NCBI GenBank assembly: GCA_049977145.1
Contig: JBMFGW010000002.1
Coordinates: 7,451 to 71,450 of the forward strand
DNA from: Phycisphaerae bacterium
GTDB taxonomy: Bacteria; Planctomycetota; Phycisphaerae; WQYP01
Direction: 5' to 3'
Length of the DNA: 64,000 nucleotides
The first letter of the stretch is position 1. Every line of letters begins with the position of its first letter. The position numbers were made by a program, and so were the translations under genes. This document shows, piece after piece, positions 19,126 to 28,749 of this stretch. The notes under the pieces were generated by a model. That model saw only the letters and a list, made by a program, of their open reading frames with translations, was not told the DNA's origin and did no database searches.

Positions 19126-19893
19126 TTAGAGATGATGGTGCTCCCATACCAGAGCCGCGCCTTGCAGGACCAGATCGGGAATAAACGAATCGACCAGACC
19201 GCTGTCGCCAAACAAGCGCATGGCATCACCGCCGGTAGCCACGACGTGCGGCCAGTTCCCCAATTTTTCAGCGTAACGTTCCAGCAGATACCGTGCTGCG
19301 CCCCGCAGGGCCGCGTAAGCTCCCAAGTTCAATGCTTCCATGGTGTTGCGCCCAAAAGGTTCGGTCGGTATTTCCAAGTTGGCCAAGGGAAGCTGCGCGG
19401 TGCCTGTGTGCATGGCTTTGGCCGCCATTGCCAGTCCCGGCGCGATGGCCCCGCCGAGAAAAATACCGTCGGCGTCAATACCATCCACCACCAGAGCGGT
19501 ACCGGCGTTGATGATCACGCAAGCCTGTTCGGTGTTGACATACGCGGCCAGCGCGCCGAGCAGTCGATCCACGCCTATGGTGGATTCATCCGTAAGACTG
19601 GTCTGCAGAGGAATTTTCAGTTCGGAGCCGATAATTTGAGGGGCCATGCCACAACGCAGATTAATGAGTTCGGTTACCCGCATTGTCCATTCCGGGACCA
19701 CACTGGCCAGCACCACGCCGGCGGGTCTCTGACCGCCGTCCATCGTGCCGACACATAGTTTTTCCAGGTACGCCAGCATTTCCGACTGGATCTCGGCCTG
19801 ATTGAACCGCATGGCGGGGTCGGTACTTTTCCCCGCCTTAAACAGCCCGACACCCACACGGGTATTCCCAATGTCAATGGCAATCACACTCAC
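19126..19893 (-). CDS. coaX: Type III pantothenate kinase
   Basis: The N-terminal IAIDIGNTRVGVGLF ASKHA phosphate-1 motif is present, the length is 255 aa, and the GGDA C-terminal motif (VVATGGDA) is present. Confidence 0.9.
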   Translation of the reverse strand: MSVIAIDIGNTRVGVGLFKAGKSTDPAMRFNQAEIQSEMLAYLEKLCVGTMDGGQRPAGVVLASVVPEWTMRVTELINLRCGMAPQIIGSELKIPLQTSLTDESTIGVDRLLGALAAYVNTEQACVIINAGTALVVDGIDADGIFLGGAIAPGLAMAAKAMHTGTAQLPLANLEIPTEPFGRNTMEALNLGAYAALRGAARYLLERYAEKLGNWPHVVATGGDAMRLFGDSGLVDSFIPDLVLQGAALVWEHHHL

Positions 19894-19910
19894 AATTAAG
19901 CTCCATGATT

Positions 19911-21107
19911 TCAGGAAAGTTTCTTTTTGTTACGGTCTCTGGTCCGGTCCGCTTTGGTCCGCCGGTAGTATTTTCCCTTACGCACATCGTCGCCCTTGAT
20001 GGCTTCCACTTCCTTGGCCAATTGTACATCCGGTGCCGGGGCGGCGGATTCCCGTTGGAAATAAAGCCTGCGGGCGACCATTGGTGGCGGCGAATCTACC
20101 ACAGGTTCGAGCGACGGCGTGGCGGCAATAAGCCGCCAAATATCCTCCAGCAGCGGCCGTAAACCGGTACCGGTAGCCGCGCTGATCGCCAAGATTTGTT
20201 TTCCCGGTAATTGGCCACGTAAATCCGCCAATGCTTCCGCCGCGCCCGTAAGGTCCATTTTGTTGGCCACCAGAATTTCCGGCTTGGCCGCGAGCTTCGG
20301 GCTATATGCAAAAAGTTCCTCCCGAATGGCGTGATACGAATCAATGGGAGTCGTTGCATCCATCGGAACCATATCCAACAAGTGAACCAACACCCGCGTG
20401 CGTTCAATGTGCCTGAGAAAATCCAATCCCAACCCCGCCCCCTCGGAAGCGCCGGCAATAAGGCCGGGAATATCCGCCAGTACCAAGCGACGTTCGGTAT
20501 CGAGTTCCGCGATACCGAGTTGTGGTGTCAGCGTGGTGAATGGATAGTCCGCAATTTTGGGCCGGGCCGCGGATAAACGCGACAGCAGGCTGGATTTGCC
20601 CGCGTTGGGCTTGCCGATCAGGCCCACATCGGCAATGAGCTTGAGCTGCAACTTTAATTTGCGGCTGGTACCGATTTCACCCGGCTCGGCAAAATCAGGC
20701 GCTTGTCGAACGGAAGAAGTAAAATGCCAATTCCCCCGACCACCCCGGCCGCCTTTGGCCACCAGCACGCGCTTTCCCACCGACACCAGGTCCACCAGCA
20801 GCAACCCGGTATCCGCATCATAGACCATGGTACCCGCCGGCAGGCGAATGAGCAGGTCACGACCATCGCTGCCGGCTTTTTTCTTCCCCATGCCATGTTC
20901 GCCGTTGCCCGCGTGCCAATGATGTCGCCCCACCATATCCAAGAGCGTTTCCACACCTTCCGTGGCTTCCAGATAAACGCTGCCACCATCGCCGCCATCC
21001 CCACCGTCAGGCCCGCCCAGCGGAACATATTTTTCCCGGCGCATAGATACGCAGCCGTTGCCCCCCCTACCCGCTAGAACGTCAATTTCCGCTTCATCTA
21101 TAAACAT
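19911..21107 (-). CDS. obg: GTPase Obg/CgtA
   Basis: Contains the Obg fold glycine-rich N-terminus (MFIDEAEI...GRGGNGCVSMRREKYVPLGGPDGGDGGDGGSVYL), G1 GKPNAGKSS and G3 DIPGLI. A basic C-terminal tail is present. Confidence 0.95.
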   Translation of the reverse strand: MFIDEAEIDVLAGRGGNGCVSMRREKYVPLGGPDGGDGGDGGSVYLEATEGVETLLDMVGRHHWHAGNGEHGMGKKKAGSDGRDLLIRLPAGTMVYDADTGLLLVDLVSVGKRVLVAKGGRGGRGNWHFTSSVRQAPDFAEPGEIGTSRKLKLQLKLIADVGLIGKPNAGKSSLLSRLSAARPKIADYPFTTLTPQLGIAELDTERRLVLADIPGLIAGASEGAGLGLDFLRHIERTRVLVHLLDMVPMDATTPIDSYHAIREELFAYSPKLAAKPEILVANKMDLTGAAEALADLRGQLPGKQILAISAATGTGLRPLLEDIWRLIAATPSLEPVVDSPPPMVARRLYFQRESAAPAPDVQLAKEVEAIKGDDVRKGKYYRRTKADRTRDRNKKKLS

Positions 21108-21119
21108 TTAATCACCATC

Positions 21120-21131
21120 CCGATAGCTATC
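21120..21131. repeat. 12-nt perfect palindrome CGATAGCTATCG in the obg 5' leader
   Basis: Read directly from the sequence, 13-24 nt upstream of the obg ATG (21107, minus strand). The function is unknown. Confidence 0.3.
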
Positions 21132-21345
21132 GAGACCTGTCTTCAGGCCGCAATCGTCCGACCGTCCGCTAAAAGCGTGTGCCGGAAGCCATTTTGGCTC
21201 TTGCCGACAGGGCACAGAGCTTAGAAGTATTTTACCGTATTTTCCGTTTCGTTGGACAAATTTCAACCAATGAGGAAAATTACCGATAATAGTCGGGTAG
21301 TCGGTGGGCTAGGCGAAGCGTTTCGCCATAAAAATCGGAGCGTCC

Positions 21346-22695
21346 ATGAAAATTGCGGTTATCGGATGTGGTTATGTCGGGCTGGTCAGTGGTACTTGTC
21401 TGGCCGCGCTGGGGCATAAAATCATTGGCGTGGATGTGGATGCCAAGCGTGTCCAAGCCTTGGCCAGGGGCCAAGTGCCCATTTATGAACCTGGCTTGTC
21501 CGAGTTGATTTTAGCACAGGCCGCAGCGGGACGGTTGAGTTTCACCACCGACATCGCGGCGGCGATCAAAGAATCACAGAGCATATTTATTGCCGTCGGC
21601 ACGCCGCCATCACGCCAAGGCGGCGCGGATTTAAGCATGTTGTTCGCGGCGGTGGATGACGTACTCAAATACGCCAATGGTCCAAAAACACTGGTGATCA
21701 AGAGCACGGTACCCCCGGGCACGGGGGAAAAAGCGGCCCAACGGGTGGCCAACAGTCCGCACCGCATTGAAGTGGTTAACAACCCGGAATTTTTGCGTGA
21801 AGGCACCGCCATTCAAGATTTCATGCAGCCTGATCGCATTGTTTTTGGTGCCAATTCCAATGATGGAATGGAGGTGCTGCGGGAAATTTACCAGCCGTTG
21901 ATTGATCGTGGATATGCCATTTTCTCCATGAGTCGGCAGAGCGCCGAACTCACCAAATTCGCCTCCAATGCCATGCTGGCGGTGCGCATCAGTTTTATCA
22001 ATGAGCTTTCGCAACTGGCCTTGGCCATCGGCGCGGATATCGAAAGCGTGCGTGTGGGCATTGGCACCGATAAGCGTATCGGGCCATCTTTTTTGAAAGC
22101 CGGTGTGGGTTATGGCGGATCGTGTTTTCCCAAGGATGTCGCGGCGTTGGTGCATCAGATGCGGGAATTCGGATTGGAACCGCATCTGTTAAGCGGGGTT
22201 GAAAAAGCCAATACCGGGCAGAAGCGGGCCTTCGCCGCGCGCCTTATCCAATCTCTTTCAAGCATCAAAGACCCACAGGCGGCGGTATGGGGTTTGGCCT
22301 TCAAAGCGGATACCGATGATATGCGCGAGGCCCCGAGTATTGAGATAATTCATGCGCTGCTGGCCGCCGGAATCAAAGTTCGCGTGTATGATCCGCAGGC
22401 GATGGAAAACGCCCGACGCCTACTTGGCGAGGATGTTATCTGGACCGGTGGCGTTGATGAATGCACCCGTGGCGCTGATGCGATTGCCCTGATCACCGAT
22501 TGGTCCATTTTTATCACCCAGGATTGGGCGCATATAGCATCGCTGATGCGCGGTCGCCATGTTTTCGATGGCCGCAACTGCCTAAGCAGCACCAAAGTTC
22601 TGGCCGCCGGTTTGATTTATCGCGCCATTGGCCGCCCGGAATTAATGCCTGGTGCCGGGAAACCCGGATCCATGGGTGTGGTGTCCGCAGGTTAA
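21346..22695 (+). CDS. ugd: UDP-glucose 6-dehydrogenase
   Basis: MKIAVIGCGYVGL Rossmann motif, the catalytic-Cys block GYGGSCFPKD, and a length of 449 aa. Confidence 0.9.
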   Translation: MKIAVIGCGYVGLVSGTCLAALGHKIIGVDVDAKRVQALARGQVPIYEPGLSELILAQAAAGRLSFTTDIAAAIKESQSIFIAVGTPPSRQGGADLSMLFAAVDDVLKYANGPKTLVIKSTVPPGTGEKAAQRVANSPHRIEVVNNPEFLREGTAIQDFMQPDRIVFGANSNDGMEVLREIYQPLIDRGYAIFSMSRQSAELTKFASNAMLAVRISFINELSQLALAIGADIESVRVGIGTDKRIGPSFLKAGVGYGGSCFPKDVAALVHQMREFGLEPHLLSGVEKANTGQKRAFAARLIQSLSSIKDPQAAVWGLAFKADTDDMREAPSIEIIHALLAAGIKVRVYDPQAMENARRLLGEDVIWTGGVDECTRGADAIALITDWSIFITQDWAHIASLMRGRHVFDGRNCLSSTKVLAAGLIYRAIGRPELMPGAGKPGSMGVVSAG

Positions 22696-22801
22696 ACAGG
22701 CTGGTACTGCGCCCAACCCCCGATCAACTTTGGTTGGCGGTACTTTCAAATCATGGCGTCGAGCACGCGTGCGGCGGGTCTGGCATTCAGGAGAACAGAC
22801 T

Positions 22802-23476
22802 GTGATTATTACCATTGACGGCCCGGCGGGATCGGGAAAATCCGCAGCGGCGGAACTGCTGGCGCAGCGAATGCAAGTGCGGCATCTTGATACCGGGGCG
22901 ATGTATCGGGCCGTTACACTACTGGCCTTCAATATGGGACGATTGGACCAACATTCCGATGCGGCGGAGCTCGGGGCAATCGTAACACACATGAATCTCA
23001 CTTTTGATTGGAATACCCATCCGGCTAAAATTATGCTGGATGGACAGGATGTTTCCAATGCAATACGCCAGCCTGAAATCACAGCGCTGGTGCAGCTGGC
23101 TGCGGATAATACGGCGGTACGGGCGGAACTGGTGCGGCGGCAGCGGAGTATTGCCGCCGCGTGCAGGGATTTGGTAACGGAGGGGCGGGATCAGGGAACG
23201 CTGGTATTTCCGGATGCCGATTATAAATTTTTTCTTGATGCGAATATTCGGGAACGGGTGAGACGGCGCCTGACGGAGTTGACCCGCAAGGGTCTATCCA
23301 TTGACGAGCGATCATTGCTGGCGGACATGATGGCCCGTGATCAGCGGGACCATGACAGACGCGTGGGAGCGCTGAAGTTGGCGGAAGATGCTATCGTACT
23401 GGATACCACCACCATGACGCTGCCGGAAGTGGTTGACGCGCTGGTGAAACGTATAGGAAATAAAACGCATGGATGA
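22802..23476 (+). CDS. cmk: Cytidylate kinase
   Basis: P-loop IDGPAGSGKS followed by LDTGAMYRA. The GTG at 22802 is preceded by AGGAGA. The longer track ORF from 22652 would overlap ugd and adds non-homologous sequence. Confidence 0.9.
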   Translation: MIITIDGPAGSGKSAAAELLAQRMQVRHLDTGAMYRAVTLLAFNMGRLDQHSDAAELGAIVTHMNLTFDWNTHPAKIMLDGQDVSNAIRQPEITALVQLAADNTAVRAELVRRQRSIAAACRDLVTEGRDQGTLVFPDADYKFFLDANIRERVRRRLTELTRKGLSIDERSLLADMMARDQRDHDRRVGALKLAEDAIVLDTTTMTLPEVVDALVKRIGNKTHG

Positions 23477-24317
23477 TTCCGACATAGCGTCGTCCGGTGG
23501 GCATGCGTCCGGCGATGCGGACGCGATGAGTGCGGCAAAAACAACGGCGTGCTCCTCCACACCGCCCGTTATTCCCCCGCGGGTACCATACGTTTACCGT
23601 GGCGAAGGCAGCGGATGGTTGCAGATATTTTTCTGGACGGTGGGGAAGGTATTTCTACAGTTTTTTAGCGTTCTGTGCTTCCACATCCGCGTCGCAGGAA
23701 GAGAAAATATTCCCGCCACGGGAGCGGCGCTATTGGTGACCAACCACCAAAGCATGTTGGATCCATGGATGATTGGCATAGGATCCAAGCGGCAGATTCA
23801 TTTCATGGCCCGAGAATCACTGTTTAAGGGCGGATTAGGCCAATACATCTTTGAAACCACCAACGCTTTTCCCGTGCGGCGGGGCCGCGCGGATTCCGTG
23901 GCGGTGCGTGAGGCCATCAACCGGCTCAATCGCGGCTTTCTGGTGAATCTGTTCCCGGAAGCCACGCGCACCATGGATGGCACCATCGGGCCCATTGCCG
24001 CCGGCGTCGCCATTATCGTGCATCGCGCCAAGGTGCCCGTAATTCCGATCGTGCTGGACGGTGCTTTTGAGGCGTGGCCGCGGGATCGAAAGTTTTTCCG
24101 ATATTCCAGCATTCGTCTGCGTTACGGCAAACCGATTCCGTACCGGGAATTGGAGAATTTATCCGCGGATGAAATTTCCGTGCGCATCCGGCGGGAAATG
24201 ATCGCGTTGCAGAAGAAACTTAAATCCGTCCATGCGGCAGCCTCGGAAGCCCGGTTTTTTGCCGATCTACGGGTCGGCAAAAAACGCCTGGTGGTATCCC
24301 GCGAGCTTTCCGCGTAA
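23469..24317 (+). CDS. plsC: 1-acyl-sn-glycerol-3-phosphate acyltransferase
   Basis: Contains the HX4D motif (NHQSMLDPW), FPEATRT and a PVIPI block. Its ATG overlaps the cmk stop by 8 nt (ATGGATGA). Confidence 0.85.
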   Translation: MDDSDIASSGGHASGDADAMSAAKTTACSSTPPVIPPRVPYVYRGEGSGWLQIFFWTVGKVFLQFFSVLCFHIRVAGRENIPATGAALLVTNHQSMLDPWMIGIGSKRQIHFMARESLFKGGLGQYIFETTNAFPVRRGRADSVAVREAINRLNRGFLVNLFPEATRTMDGTIGPIAAGVAIIVHRAKVPVIPIVLDGAFEAWPRDRKFFRYSSIRLRYGKPIPYRELENLSADEISVRIRREMIALQKKLKSVHAAASEARFFADLRVGKKRLVVSRELSA

Positions 24318-24323
24318 AAACAA

Positions 24324-25118
24324 TCAGCCGTGGTGGTGGGACAGAATATCCAATCCCACAACCATCAGGTCATAACCGGCGTGCGTGGCAACATCAATGC
24401 CAAAACCGCGGAAAATAAATATCCCGGCGAAGTAAATTCCGGCGATGGTTCTGATGATAAAAGCGCCCCAGGTTGGCTGTTCATTACCGAGAAAATGATA
24501 CAGCGAAAAGAGCACCGCCGAGGCGATAATAATCACCGGAATGGCTTTACCCACGGACATGCCGAACAAATCCACCAGGATCATATTCAACACGGTAAGT
24601 AACACCAGACGGAACAGCAGTTCTTCATAAATGCCGGCCCCAAGGGATAATACCACCTGGGTTTGCCAGGAAAGACGTTGCATGACATGCGTTACGCCAT
24701 GCGTTACCGCCTGCATGGTAATGCCGTGCGCCACGGCCACAAATAAAATCACCAGCGCCACGGCCCATAAAAAACTTTCCGCGCCCATGGCCACATACAG
24801 ACCAGGCTCAAATTTCAGCGGGTCTTTGCGAGCTATGTGCCAACCCAGCATGATGGCCACCACCGCCAAGGGCGGCAGATAACTGCCCATAGCGCCAAAT
24901 AACGAGAAAAAATTGAGCAGCAGTTCAAACGCGATGATATTATGCGTTTGCCCATGGACCGGACTCCACGGATGCAGTACTGCCCCGATCTGATAGATGA
25001 TCAATAGCGGCGCTATAAAAATCAGACACTGTAAAGGACGGTGGCTGCGGTCGAAGTATCCTTCCCCAGAGCCAAATCGCAGCCACTGTGGTTCCTTTCT
25101 TGTTTTGCTCATAGCCAA
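24324..25118 (-). CDS. CPBP family intramembrane glutamic endopeptidase (CAAX protease-like)
   Basis: Contains the EELLFR motif (GIYEELLFRLV), a downstream FSLYHF motif and a C-terminal HAGYD, within a polytopic membrane protein. Confidence 0.8.
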   Translation of the reverse strand: MAMSKTRKEPQWLRFGSGEGYFDRSHRPLQCLIFIAPLLIIYQIGAVLHPWSPVHGQTHNIIAFELLLNFFSLFGAMGSYLPPLAVVAIMLGWHIARKDPLKFEPGLYVAMGAESFLWAVALVILFVAVAHGITMQAVTHGVTHVMQRLSWQTQVVLSLGAGIYEELLFRLVLLTVLNMILVDLFGMSVGKAIPVIIIASAVLFSLYHFLGNEQPTWGAFIIRTIAGIYFAGIFIFRGFGIDVATHAGYDLMVVGLDILSHHHG

Positions 25119-25251
25119 ACGCCTTCGGACAAACCCGGCGAATCATATACGCCTGCGGCTCTTAGTGAAACACAACCGTTAGTCCAGAATTTCGTTCCGC
25201 AGTCCTCAACGGAAATCTGCGTATCCGTGGCCGCGCGGTACTGACGCATTT

Positions 25252-26169
25252 TCAGCCGCGCAGGTTGGTGCTGTCATGGGCTCCGAGATTACGGTAGATT
25301 TCCAGCGTCACTTCGGAGTTGTTCAAGGTATAAAAATGAATACCCCGCACCTGATGATCCAACAACCCGCGGCATTGCTCGGTGGCCCATAGCACACCCA
25401 CACGGCGTACCGCGTCCGCATCGCCGTTGCAGCGATTGATGGAACGCATAAGCTTGGCAGGGTAATGTGATCCTAGCGCTGTTTCCGCTATGCGCTGCAT
25501 GGAATTCAAACTGGCAATAGGCATGATGCCGGCCAAGATCGGAATGCGAATACCGGCGATTTCGCAGCGTTCCCGAAAATCAAAAAAATCATGATTGTCA
25601 AAAAATAATTGCGTAACCATATAATCCGCGCCGGCATCGACCTTGGCCTTGAGATAATCCATTTCCCGCAGCCGGTTGAGGGTCGCGGGATGACCTTCAG
25701 GAAAACCCGCCACGCCAATACCAAATCCACGCTGATCGCGGTGTGCGCCACCGTCATTAAATTCTTTGATAAAGCTTACCAGATCCGCGGCATGATGAAA
25801 ATCATCCTTGGCGCGGTCATAACCCGCTGAATCCTGCGGCACATCGCCGCCCAAAGCCAGGATATTGCTTACTCCGGCGGCGGCATAACGGCTGAGAATG
25901 ACGGTGATGTCCGACCGGGTGTGGCGCACGCACGTCAGATGCGGCACGGGGTCCAGGGACGTTTCTTCTTTAATGCGCAGAACCAAAGCGTGGGTACGGT
26001 CGCGTGTGGAGCCACCGGCACCATAGGTGACGGATACAAAAGAGGGCTTAAGGGATTCCAGCCGCCGGATATGTTCAAAGAGCGCCGTGGCGCCGGCCTC
26101 ACTTTTCGGCGGAAAGAATTCAAACGAGAACGTCATTTTGTCATGGGCCAAAATATCAGCAATGTGCAT
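25252..26169 (-). CDS. metF: 5,10-methylenetetrahydrofolate reductase
   Basis: FSFEFFPPK, SVTYGAGGSTR, HLTC and the LFFD blocks are typical of MetF. The start is taken at Met-34 of the track ORF (ATG 26169); Met-28 (26187) is also possible. Confidence 0.9.
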   Translation of the reverse strand: MHIADILAHDKMTFSFEFFPPKSEAGATALFEHIRRLESLKPSFVSVTYGAGGSTRDRTHALVLRIKEETSLDPVPHLTCVRHTRSDITVILSRYAAAGVSNILALGGDVPQDSAGYDRAKDDFHHAADLVSFIKEFNDGGAHRDQRGFGIGVAGFPEGHPATLNRLREMDYLKAKVDAGADYMVTQLFFDNHDFFDFRERCEIAGIRIPILAGIMPIASLNSMQRIAETALGSHYPAKLMRSINRCNGDADAVRRVGVLWATEQCRGLLDHQVRGIHFYTLNNSEVTLEIYRNLGAHDSTNLRG

Positions 26170-26308
26170 GCGTATTGATCCTTTCATCCGGATAGACGAA
26201 TAATAGCGTGGCGCCTGCGTGCCTGCAACCACTATAGCCACGATCCATTCACAACCTCGGCCATACATCCTCTACTCGACGACGACCGACCATAGTATAG
26301 TACGCTTT

Positions 26309-26884
26309 ATGCTTTTATTAAAAAAACATCTTGTTGCACTGGTCCGGGCGGGGAAGAAACGTCAGACCATTCGTTATTGGACGCGGCCCATTGTGTTTCC
26401 AGGGCAGATAAGCTTTACCCCCGGATTAGGCAAAATGAAGATTTTGCGGGTGGAAGAACTGCCGGGTTATCAAGCGCTGACACTTGACGATGCGTTAGCC
26501 GATGGATTCACGTCCTTGGCTGAACTGCTGGCGGAACTACAGCGTAACTATCCGCAAGTACCGCCGGGCAAGCGGCTTTATCGCGTGGTGTTCCAATGGC
26601 CGGTGGCCCTGTCCGAGATCAAGGCACCGGCTGTGGTTCCGGCGGAAGGCGCGGCGGTGCGGATGGTTGACCAAGCCACGGAAAACAAGAAGGTTACAGA
26701 AAAATCCGCAGTACCAGCACTCAGCCCCAAATGCGATAGCGCTGTGGCGTTAAGCGGAAACGAATCCACCGCCAAGGCCGACAGCCATGACCAGGTGGAA
26801 ACATCCCCGGCTGGCGGTATGCCCCGATGGCAGAAGGAGCAATTACGGGACTGGGTCATGGCGCAAAGTCCCAACCGCGGCTAA
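26309..26884 (+). CDS. ASCH (PUA-like) domain protein with disordered C-terminal tail
   Basis: The N-terminal ~95 aa (LVRAGKKRQTIRYW...GKMKILRVEELPGYQALTLDDALADGFTSLAELL) resemble ASCH domains. The remainder is low-complexity. The ATG at 26309 is preferred. Confidence 0.55.
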   Translation: MLLLKKHLVALVRAGKKRQTIRYWTRPIVFPGQISFTPGLGKMKILRVEELPGYQALTLDDALADGFTSLAELLAELQRNYPQVPPGKRLYRVVFQWPVALSEIKAPAVVPAEGAAVRMVDQATENKKVTEKSAVPALSPKCDSAVALSGNESTAKADSHDQVETSPAGGMPRWQKEQLRDWVMAQSPNRG

Positions 26885-26969
26885 CCTGAAACGGTACGGT
26901 ACCGTCCCCACGATAACTGGCGACAGCGCTGAACGATCACCCAACAATATGGCCATCTCCCCAGTACGA

Positions 26970-28577
26970 TTACGGTGCCGATACTGTTTTTAGCTGGGCA
27001 TTGATCCGCTTGATTCTCGCCACAATGGCGGCTCTCTGCGCTTTGAGTGCGGCCAGATGTCCAGCACTGACAAACCCTTGGTCATTGGTGATATGAAAAT
27101 CCACATTCACCAGCGCCACATTTTCCTTAGCCCACGATACTTGCAAAATTGCCGCCAGATAACGCCGCTGGGCGGCAGCCACCGGGCCACTTTTCATGGC
27201 GGCGGCGTACGCCAGCCCGGCATACCCCAAGGCATTCTGTGCTTCGGCCAACGCGTACTGGGCGTTGACATCGCGAATCCAGATTTTGCGCGGATCGTTG
27301 GGGTTAAGGCGGCGTTTCTTTTTACCCCAAAATTGCAAATTCTGCGCATTGGAATCCAGCCGGGCCTGGCAACGCGCGGAAAGCTCTTCCGATTGCAGCC
27401 GCCTTAACACCTCGGGCGCCGTGGGTTTGGATGCTTTCTTGAGAATATGCAACTTATCAAAGGCAACCGTGGCCAACCAGAGCTGATGATCACGTGCCGC
27501 CACCTGCCGTAAATGTGACAAAAATAATTTGGCCTGATTTGCCACTTGCGTTTTAGACAAGTTATTGGCCGGGCGAAAACGCGCATGGGCCACATCCCAC
27601 GCCACCCACGCCACCTGCAGCCGGGCATAACCGTATTGCAATTGCGCCACGCAGCGTTCCACGCGCCAATTGCTCCAGGGTAGATGCCGATGCGCAACTA
27701 AATTCCATAATTGCCGCCGCGCAAAATCAATGGCTTTGGCCACGGGCATTTGTTTGGCAAGGTAAGGTAGAAAACGCGGGTTGTGCCAATATTTTGCCGC
27801 CGCCCGCAGATATTGCGTCTCAGAAACCCGCCGGAATATCAGCTGCACCGGAACCTTGCCATTGCTGTTGAATACTTTCATGGCCAGGACGGCGGAATTC
27901 CGGTGGTAACGGATGTTGGGATAAATCCAATTATCAAAACAGAGCGGAAAATCCAGCAGCGCCTGCGAAGCGTGCAAAATACCGCGAAACTGCATGGCCG
28001 CCTGCGGATCATCCGCCAGAATGTCCGCGGGATCGACATACTGCCCCGCCCGCGGATATAGTCCCGGATTCGCCGTGTGATATGGATCTATAGTGCCCAG
28101 ATACAGCCAGCCGAACGGCCCGATGGAAACATGCCAGGCGCGGAATTCGATCAATTCATCCAACAGAAAAGTTTGCGGCTTACCGTGCACATTAAAATGC
28201 GCCAGAATCAAGACCGGTTGCCCGCGAATGGCACCAAACTCTCTTAGATCGGGCGACCACCGGGTAGCGGAATGATAGCCGATGGCGGTAAACGCCTGCT
28301 TGAGAATATGGCGTGTGGTCTGAATGCTTAACACGGTTTCATGGAGAAAATTACTGGGGCGACCGCATAATGCCACATCCAGCCAGTCCGTGAGGTGCTC
28401 ATTCCAAAAAGCGGACGGAATGGTGAATTCATGCTGGTGTTTATAAAGGACCGGTACAGCCAACTGAATCAGGTCCTTAGACGCGGGGGCCGACGGTTTG
28501 GCGCGGACCAAATCCGCCCGCCCCGCAAATGCCGCCAGCAGAACTGTGCCCACAAGTAGCCGTTGATATAGTGCCAT
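26970..28577 (-). CDS. Secreted protein of unknown function (about 535 aa)
   Basis: A long ORF with a signal peptide from Met-15 (MALYQRLLVGTVLLAAFAGRADL). The C-terminal ~250 aa are helical and Ala/Gln/Arg/Trp-rich. I recognise no catalytic motif. Confidence 0.6.
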   Translation of the reverse strand: MALYQRLLVGTVLLAAFAGRADLVRAKPSAPASKDLIQLAVPVLYKHQHEFTIPSAFWNEHLTDWLDVALCGRPSNFLHETVLSIQTTRHILKQAFTAIGYHSATRWSPDLREFGAIRGQPVLILAHFNVHGKPQTFLLDELIEFRAWHVSIGPFGWLYLGTIDPYHTANPGLYPRAGQYVDPADILADDPQAAMQFRGILHASQALLDFPLCFDNWIYPNIRYHRNSAVLAMKVFNSNGKVPVQLIFRRVSETQYLRAAAKYWHNPRFLPYLAKQMPVAKAIDFARRQLWNLVAHRHLPWSNWRVERCVAQLQYGYARLQVAWVAWDVAHARFRPANNLSKTQVANQAKLFLSHLRQVAARDHQLWLATVAFDKLHILKKASKPTAPEVLRRLQSEELSARCQARLDSNAQNLQFWGKKKRRLNPNDPRKIWIRDVNAQYALAEAQNALGYAGLAYAAAMKSGPVAAAQRRYLAAILQVSWAKENVALVNVDFHITNDQGFVSAGHLAALKAQRAAIVARIKRINAQLKTVSAP

Positions 28578-28749
28578 GTCGATTTTCCATTTATTCACCG
28601 AGGCTATAGTTTCAGCCATAACTCATTTTAATTATAACGTCGCCGGGCAAAGCCAGGCGCGGATCGAACCGTCGTTTGGTGTCGCATTTGCATCCTGGAG
28701 CGCAAATGCGTACAACAGTGCAGGAAGATGTTTTCTGGAAGTCTAAGCT

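Noticed and set aside
26891-26905. 15-nt palindrome ACGGTACGGTACCGT between the convergent ASCH and 26970-28577 genes, considered as a bidirectional terminator
   Set aside because: The stem would leave a loop of 1-3 nt, and there is no flanking U/A tract. That is insufficient to call a terminator.
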